In this document: in pieces, positions 38,901 to 47,900 of the stretch
Layout: each line of letters begins with the position of its first letter
How positions within the stretch are numbered: the stretch's first letter is position 1
Translations under genes and position numbers: made by a program
The notes under the pieces: generated by a model
Database searches by the model: none
What the model was told of the DNA's origin: nothing
Seen by the model: the letters and a program-made list of their open reading frames with translations, nothing else
NCBI GenBank assembly: GCA_948852945.1
Contig: CAQPBJ010000002.1
Span: forward strand, 4,265 to 68,264
Origin: an uncultured Clostridia bacterium
Lineage (GTDB): Bacteria > Bacillota > Clostridia > TANB77 > CAG-508
Length of the DNA stretch: 64,000 bases
Direction of reading: 5' to 3'

Positions 38901-41900
38901 CATCCATATAAATAACATTTTCATAAGGATCTTCATTTTCACCAGATATATTACCACCTTCACCATCAACTTTAGTAGTAATCTTATATTGTTTTTTATT
39001 GTTATGTACTACAATTTCTTGTTTTTCTGCCCTTATCTCCTCTTTAAAAGTTTCTGTATACATATTTAGTTGATTTTCAACAATTACAGCATATTTTCCA
39101 TTTTGCTCATTTAGATTATTTAATTCTAATAAAGTTATATAAATATCTTCTGATTCTACAATTTTATCAGCATTAACACATTCTATTTTTCCTTCACTAT
39201 TATATTTTAATAATAGTAATTTATTTTCATCTGCTTCAAGAATAATTTCTTTACGTATCTCTGTCTTTTCTTGTGGAATTAGCACTCTGCCTGTATATGT
39301 TCCAGCAACCAAGTATCCGCCATCACTTGTAGCTATTGCATCTATTACATTAAAGTCTACTCCATTTACAACATCATCTGGTATATTTTTACTAATACTA
39401 CCTTCAATCACTGATACTATTTTTCCATGTTCATTATATCTAACTATATGTTCTCCTTCAGTTACTTGAATCTCACAATTATTTAGTGTATATTCCTTTG
39501 GAATTACAGATTCATACATATACATAGAAATGTTTAATCCATTTCCTAATTTTCGTAAAATTACACTGTCATTAGCACTAAATTCATTTTTCCAATTCAC
39601 TTCTCCATCTTGAGTTATATTCATAATGTATAAGTTATCTTCAGAGTAATTATATCCAGATATAGTAAAAGTGCTATCATTATTTTTAATAATCTCATAA
39701 TTACATGACTCATATTCACTAGTATTTACCCAAAGTGGTGTTCCATTTGAATTAAACTTAACTATAATTGCAGGCCACATACTATCATCATTAACTACTA
39801 ATGTAGATTCATTTAGTTCTAATTTTCCACTACATTCACCTATAGTTATAAATCCGCCATCATCTGTTCTAATTAACTTGTAAGTATAATCTCCTCCTTC
39901 TAAGCAAGGTATTTGTGCCCATTCTATTTTTCCTTCACTATTAATTTTTATAATAGCATCTTCATTATAAGCTGTTGAATCTAAACATATCTCCTCACCA
40001 CTTACTGTGTTTTCAGCATTAATTAAAAGTCTATCATAAAATCTTACAAGTACAATATAACTTCCATCAGATAATGTATCAAATCCTATCGTATTATAGT
40101 AATCTTCTGAAATTGTAATATCTTCAAAATCTATTGCTAATCTATATGTATCTGGCTGATTTTCACCAACTTCAAAGTAAAATTCATTATTTTCAGTTAT
40201 TTCATAACCATATGGTGCTTCAATTTCTGTAACCTTATATTTACCAGGTCTTAATCCACAATTTATTTCACCATTTTTATTAGTTACTACAATTCTTAAT
40301 GTTTCTTCATTTATTACTTCTTCTGTTCCTACCAAGTTTCCGTATACATCTTGTGCATCTACTTCAACTTTATTATCTTCTTCTCCAACAAGCTCTTTTA
40401 TAACAAATTTTGCACCTGGAATTAAAGTTGTATCATCTTCAGCATATTTAACTAATGTAAATATAGTATCATCTTCAATTTCTAAATATACTTTTGAATA
40501 ATGTGCATCTGCATCCTCAATAGAAATATTATTTTCTCTTTCTCCCAAGTCACCCTCTAATACTTCAAATTTCATTTTTCCATTCTCTTGTACTGCTCTA
40601 AATTTAATAGGAGTTTCCAAAATATAATATCCACTTACAGCTGATATTTCTTCTAATATATATGTCTGTCCCTGGTTTAAATCTGGTATTATTATTTTTC
40701 CATTATTATCTGTAGTATATATGTTAGTATTATCTTCTTCATCTCTTAACTGGAATACAATATCAGGAAGATATTTATTTGAACCCTTTTCATACTTAGT
40801 AATATCTAACGTATATCTCTTTAATCTATAATAATATATTACTTCCTCTGTATGAGCCGCCCTTAACACACCTTCACTATTTTCTGGAATAGAAACAACT
40901 TCATATAAATCATCTATATTTTGAAGATAATTTGTTTCATATAAATCCATATCTTCACCAATATAATGTTCATCTTGAGCTACTGCGCCATTTTCTAGTG
41001 GAACAGGAATTTCAGTATTTTCAATATAATGATGCACTATTACCTTTCCCGGTTTCTTTCTATTTGTAATAGATAATTCTAATCCTTCTTTTTCAAGTGT
41101 AACATTTTTAGTCTCTTTAGCTATTTCATATTCGTTAGGCGCATTAACCTCAAAGATTGTATAATCACCTATTGGTAATAGAATACTAATTTTTCCTTCT
41201 GCATTTGTAATCATATATTTTTCTGTACTGACTTCTTCTAAGTTTATATCTTGTATTCCTGAAACAATTCCAAATCTTACACCTTCTATTGGTTCACCAG
41301 TTTTCTCATCTGTTTTAATAATATTCAATTTTCCATATTCTCTGTTGTAATAATATGTAACTATTACCTCATCACCAGTATATACACCATTAGCATTTTC
41401 TGGTACCTCTATTAAATGATAACTTTCATCTAATAATTCATTTGAAATTGCATTTGTTTGATATTCTGTTCCTTCAGGTGCACTTGATATTTCATCTTCT
41501 GCTATTGTTCCATCTTTTAATGGTACTTCTGTTGTAGTTCCTTCAATATAATGATGAACTATTAAAGGAATATCTTTAACTTTATAATAATAAATAACCT
41601 CTTGATCTTCATATGCATACTTTCCATTTGCATTTTCTGGTAATACATATTTATCATTTTCATCTTTTTCAAGCTCATATCTTGAAATATCGACTTTAGG
41701 TAGAGTTATATAATCATCATCTATTTTACCTATCATTTCTTCATCATCTGCAATTTTAGTAGTAGTTCCTTTTAAATAATGATGTACAGTTACTTTAGCT
41801 TTTTTCTCGTTTTCAATATTAAATTCATGAACCTCATCTGCTCTAAATTCTATAATTGTTGGTTCTTCATTTAGCCAGTATCCATCAGGAGCCTTTATTT

Positions 41901-44900
41901 CTGTAACTTCATATTTACCAAAAGGTATTTGAGTAATAGCTTGCCCATTTAGATTTGTCTCAACTTCTGTGTGATATAATTCTGAGTCATTTAAACTCAC
42001 ATTTATACTATTAATAGTAAATTTGTCGTCTCCAAAAGGTATATTTACATTTTTATAATATCCAAAATGTAGATAATATAATTTTCCACCTTCTAATACA
42101 GTATTATAATTTTTTGCCTCTTGTATTCCTGATATATAGATAAATCTTCCTTCACTTACATTATATGCTGGGCTTGTTGTATTTTCTGTTACTGTTGCAT
42201 ACCCCATATCATAGCCACTTTGACTTACTATCTCTGCATTTACAGTTACATTATATTTTCCTACATAACCTGTTAAATCTATTGGTATATATGAGTTTGC
42301 TACTGTATTATATTTTCCTTGATTATTTGATTCATATTTTCCATTAACATTTATAAAATTATAACTTTTAATAGAATAATTATATAAATTTATGCTATTT
42401 ATTATTATTTGGTCCTTTCCTGTATCATTGCTACTATCTTTTCTATAACCTAAATGCAAATAATATGTTTTTCCACCTTCCAATTTTACTGATGTATAAT
42501 CTTTTGCACTTTGTGTTCCTGATATATAGACAAATCTTCCTGATGTAGAACTGTAGGTTGGTACTTCAGTTGTTTCTGTTACTGTTACATATCCATAATC
42601 ATAACTACTTTCACTTGAACATTCTGCATTCACAACTACTACATATTCACCTTCTTTATTAGTTAAATCTATTGGAATATATGAATTTGCAGTCGTGCTT
42701 TGTATTCCCGCTGTTCCTCCATTTGATGTTTGATATGTTTTACTATTTGTTGGTACATATTTTCCATCTTTCTTGATAAAATAATATGTTCCATTATTTA
42801 TTAATTCTTCTTCAAAGTCCAATATGCCAGTTTCTTTATCTAGTATCGTATATTCTTTACCATTTGCTGTTAAATCTCCTATAACATTTTCTGGATTACT
42901 ACGTTCTTCTATTTGTTCCAATTTAAATTTAGCACTAGTTAATTTTTCTTTGGTTTCACTATCTAATTTATTTATAACAATCTTATTTTCTTTATAACTA
43001 TATGTAACAACAATATGTTTATCCTCTTGCACATTTTCAAATGTTGGCATAATAAAACTGTCGTCTTCATTTGCTTCAAAATTATATTCTTCACCATTTA
43101 CTGTAATTGAAATTATTTCGTAATTTTCGTCTGGTACCATTATTATTTCTTTTGTGCTATTTTCTCCATATCTTACTTTTTCATAAGGCTCATTATCACC
43201 ATCACCAGAAATAGTTCCCCCTTTAACATTATCAATTTTCTTAACGTTAGTAGTTATTTTAAATTCTTTTCTCTTATTTTCTACAACTAATTCTTGTAAA
43301 TCTGAAACTACATTTTTGGATTTTATTTTTAAAAGCATTCCATCAGTACCAGCATAACTATTTAAAATTACTTCATTCCCTAGATTAACCATATCGGCAA
43401 AACATCCGCCAACGACATAGCCTCCACTTGTTGTTTCTATTACTGCATTTATCCTATTAGAACTTCTTCCACTTACTCCTTTTGCCCATTCTACTTCACC
43501 TTCTTTACTATACTTTATTAGCATTCCAGTAGAATAATAATTATTTAATACTATTCCATTTCCCAAATCAATTGTTCCATTAAAATATCCTCCAATGGCA
43601 TAACCACCATCTGTTGTTTCTATTACTGAAGTTACTTCATCATTGTTTGTTCCACCTATTACTTTTGCCCATTCTACTTCGCCTTCTTTACTATACTTTA
43701 TTAGCATTACATCAGAATAAGATGTATAACTACTTTTATTATTTAATACTATTCCATTTCCTAAATCGAGTGTACTACCACTAAAGCATCCTCCTACTAG
43801 GTATCCTCCATCACTTGTTCCTGTTACTGATTTTATTGCTCCACCTATTACTTTTGCCCATTCTACTTCGTCTTCTTTACTATACTTTATTAGCATTCCA
43901 TCAGAAGAACCATTACTATTTAATACTACTCCATTTCCTAAATCAATTGTTCCATTAAAATTTCCTCCAATGGCATAACCATCATCTGTTGTTTCTATTA
44001 CTGAAGTTATTTTATCATCGCTTGTTCCACCTATTCCTTTTGCCCATTCTACTTCACCTTCTTTACTATACTTTATTAGCATTCCATCAGAAGAACCATT
44101 ACTATTTAATACTACTCCATTTCCTAAATCGATACTTGTACTACCAAAATATCCTCCAACGACATAGCCTCCATCACTTGCTTCTGCTACAGAAGTTATT
44201 TTGTCACTAGAACTTCCACCTATTCCTTTTGCCCATTCTACTTCGCCTTCTTTACTATACTTTATTAGCATTCCATCAGAATAACCATTATTATTTAATA
44301 CTACTTTATTTCCTAAATCGAGTGTACTCTCTCCAAAGCATCCTCCTACTAGGTATCCTCCATCTGATGTTTCTATTACTGAAGTTATTTCATCATTATA
44401 ACTTCCACCTATTTCTTTTGCCCATTCTACTTCGCCTTCTTTACTATACTTTATTAGCATTCCATCAGAATGACCATTATTATTTAATACTACTCCATTT
44501 CCTAAATCAATTGTTCCATTAAAATTTCCTCCAATGGCATAGCCACCATCTGTTGTTTCTATTACTACAGTTATTTCATCATTACCACTTTCACCTATTC
44601 CTTTTGCCCATTCTACTATCGCTTCTGTAACTTCTATCTCATTATATTTTATTAACATTCCATCAGAATAACCATTATTATTTAATACTACTCCATTTCC
44701 AAAATTTATTTTTTTATCAGAAAAATCTCCTACTACTATATAGCCTCCATATTTACTTTCCACAACAGATTTTACACTACCTACGCCTATTTGTATTGCA
44801 CTTTCCGTCTTTCCAGATTTACTATATTTTATTATTGACTCACCAATTCCCTCTAATATTATGCCATCACCTAAGTCAAAATTATTACATTTTTCTCCTA

Positions 44901-47900
44901 CTATATAGCCTCCATACTTACTTTCTAATACTGAATTTATGTTACCACCTGTTGATTTTATCCACTCTAATTCTCCATCTACTGTATACTTTATTAACAT
45001 TCCATCTGAAGCAGCATCCTTATTTAATTTCTCCCCATTTTCCCAAAAAATTGTACTACTTTTAAAATCTCCTCCTGCTACATAACCTCCATCTGATGTT
45101 TCTATTACTGAAGTTATTTCATCATTATAACTTCCACCTATTTCTTTTGCCCATTCTACTTCGCCATTATTGCTATACTTAATAACTAATCCGTCATAAG
45201 AATATCGACTAATATTAGTCGAATTAGTTAACACAATATCATTTCCTAAATCGATATTTAATGATTTAAAACTTCCTCCTACTATATATCCTCCATCATT
45301 AGTTGGAGCAACTGAATTAATTTTATCTTCATTAACTCCACCTACTTCTTTTGCCCATTCTACTTCACCTTCTGCACTATACTTTATTAGCATTCCATCA
45401 GAATAACTTGTACTTCCATTATTATTTAATACTACTCCATTTCCTAAATCGATACTTGTACTACCAAAATTTCCTCCAACGACGTAGCCTCCATCACTTG
45501 CTTCTGCTACAGAAGTTATTTTGTCACTAGAACTTCCACCTATTCCTTTTGCCCATTCTACTTCACCTTCTGCACTATACTTTATTAGCATTCCATCAGA
45601 ATAAGATGTATAACTACTTTTATTATTTAATATTACTCCATTTCCTAAATCGATACTACTACTTTTAAAATATCCTCCTGCTATATAACCTCCATCACTT
45701 GTTTCTAATACTACATTTATCTTATCTTCCTTATCTCCTCCTATTGATTGTTCCCATTCCACTTCTCCATCTGCACTATACTTTATTATCATTCCATCAT
45801 AAGAACCATTATTATTTAATACTACTCCATCTCCTAAATCAATTGTTCCATTAAAATATCCTCCTGCTATTATTCCTCCATCTCTCGTTTCCATTACTGA
45901 ATTTATATAATCACTACCACTACTACCTATTCCTTTTGCCCATTCTGCTTCTAATCCTACTTTTCCTTCTCTTGATGCTCCTATTCCAAAATAATATTCT
46001 GAATCTGTTATATCATATTTATCTGGTGCCTCTACTTCTACTGCTTTATATAATCCTTCTTGTAGGTCTGCTGTTATTTCTCCATTTTCATTTGTTGATA
46101 CTATGTAATATTCTATTCCATTTATTGTTTCTTTTATTCCTAAGATTTCACCTTTGCTGTTTCTTGCTGGCTTTTCTCCTTCGTCTACATTGTAAATTGC
46201 AAATTTTATATTTGCTAATAATTCTCCTGTTTCTGCATCTTTCTTGATTAACTTGAATGATGGGTTGTCTTCTACTGTTACGATTACTTTATTTCCTTCT
46301 ACTGTGTATTGTTTTTCTGTTTGTCCTTCTACTAATTCTTCTACAAATTGTAATGTTCCACCTACATTTTCTACTTTAAAGTTTATGTCTTTTACTTTTG
46401 CATATCCATCTGGTGCTACTGCTTCTTTTAGTACATATTTTGCTTCTTCTTGTTCTGCTTTTTCTGCCACATATTGATATAAATTAGGTATTGTTATTCT
46501 TCCATTTTCGTCTGTGATGTATTCTCCTAGTTCTTTAGTTCCTTTATATAACTTAAATTTTGCACCTGCTAAGTATACTGTTTCTTCTGTATTATCTGAT
46601 GTTTCACCTTCTGCTTCTGACATATTTACATTTGTTTTCTTTTGTATTTTTACTAATTCTAGTTCATATGTTGGGATTTTTTCATCTTCTAATGTCATAT
46701 TTACTGTTGGTATACTATTTTCTTCTGTCACACTACTCTCTTTAGTTGTTCCTTCTATAAGCTCTATTTCATAATTTCCTTCATTATTTAATATCTTAAA
46801 TTTTATTGGACTTGCTAAATAATACCCATTAGCTTTTACTTCTTCTAATGTATATTCTTCATTTATTTTTAGTCCTGTAACATCTATATCTCCATCTATC
46901 TTTGTAGTTACTATTTTTCCGTCTTCTGGTAATCCTGCTCCTGTTAATTTATAACGTATTCCTTTTATTGTATTTTCTGTTCCGTGTTCTAGCTTAGTTA
47001 TATGTAATCTAGCTTTTGCTTCATCTTCTAGTTTTGCTATTACTTTATAATTCTCATCAGCTTCTTTTTCTACATATAATTCTTCTTTTGAATTTCCAGA
47101 TAATGCTTCTATTATTAGTTTTCCATTTTCACCATGGCAAACAAACCTTACGATATCGGGGTTTATCTCATAATCGTCTGGTACTTTTAATTCTTCTATT
47201 CTATAAGTTTTATTAACATATAAATTAGTTAAACTAGCTAATCCATTTTGATTTGTTACTACTGTTCTACAAATTTCTTCATCATCATTTTCTTCTATTA
47301 CTTTATATGTCGCCCCTGCTACTAATACATCTTTTCCTTTTTGATATTTATACATTTCTAAGTTATATTTTTCTACCATTTTAATTCCTATTTTATTAGG
47401 CTCTGTACTTGTTCTATATTTTCCTTCAGATGTATTTAATGAAAAATATACCCCATGATGGCTATATGTCACTTTATTATAATCTGATCCATATGGTATA
47501 GATATATTGTAATAGAATATATATCCTTTTCCTGCTAAAATTTCTGAATCTTCAAAATCTATTAAATATGTTTTTATATTATCCCAATTTTCTATACTTT
47601 CTTGTGTTTTCCATCCATTTTCTTCTTTAGTTATATCTTTATCTGGATTTTCATTTTCTGAATAATATACAGCTACTTTTCCTTGTAATTCTTCTGGTAC
47701 TTCTAAGCCACCCTCAAGCATTTTAGTTGTAAAATCTGATTTCAAGTCTTCTCCATTTATTACATATGTATTTCCTTTAAATGGTATTTTACCTAAAATT
47801 ACAACATCATTTATTTCATTTGAATAATTATTTATTAATTGAACACCTATTTTGGCAGTTTTTTCATCTGTATCTGTATCAACTTCAGCAATTGGTACTC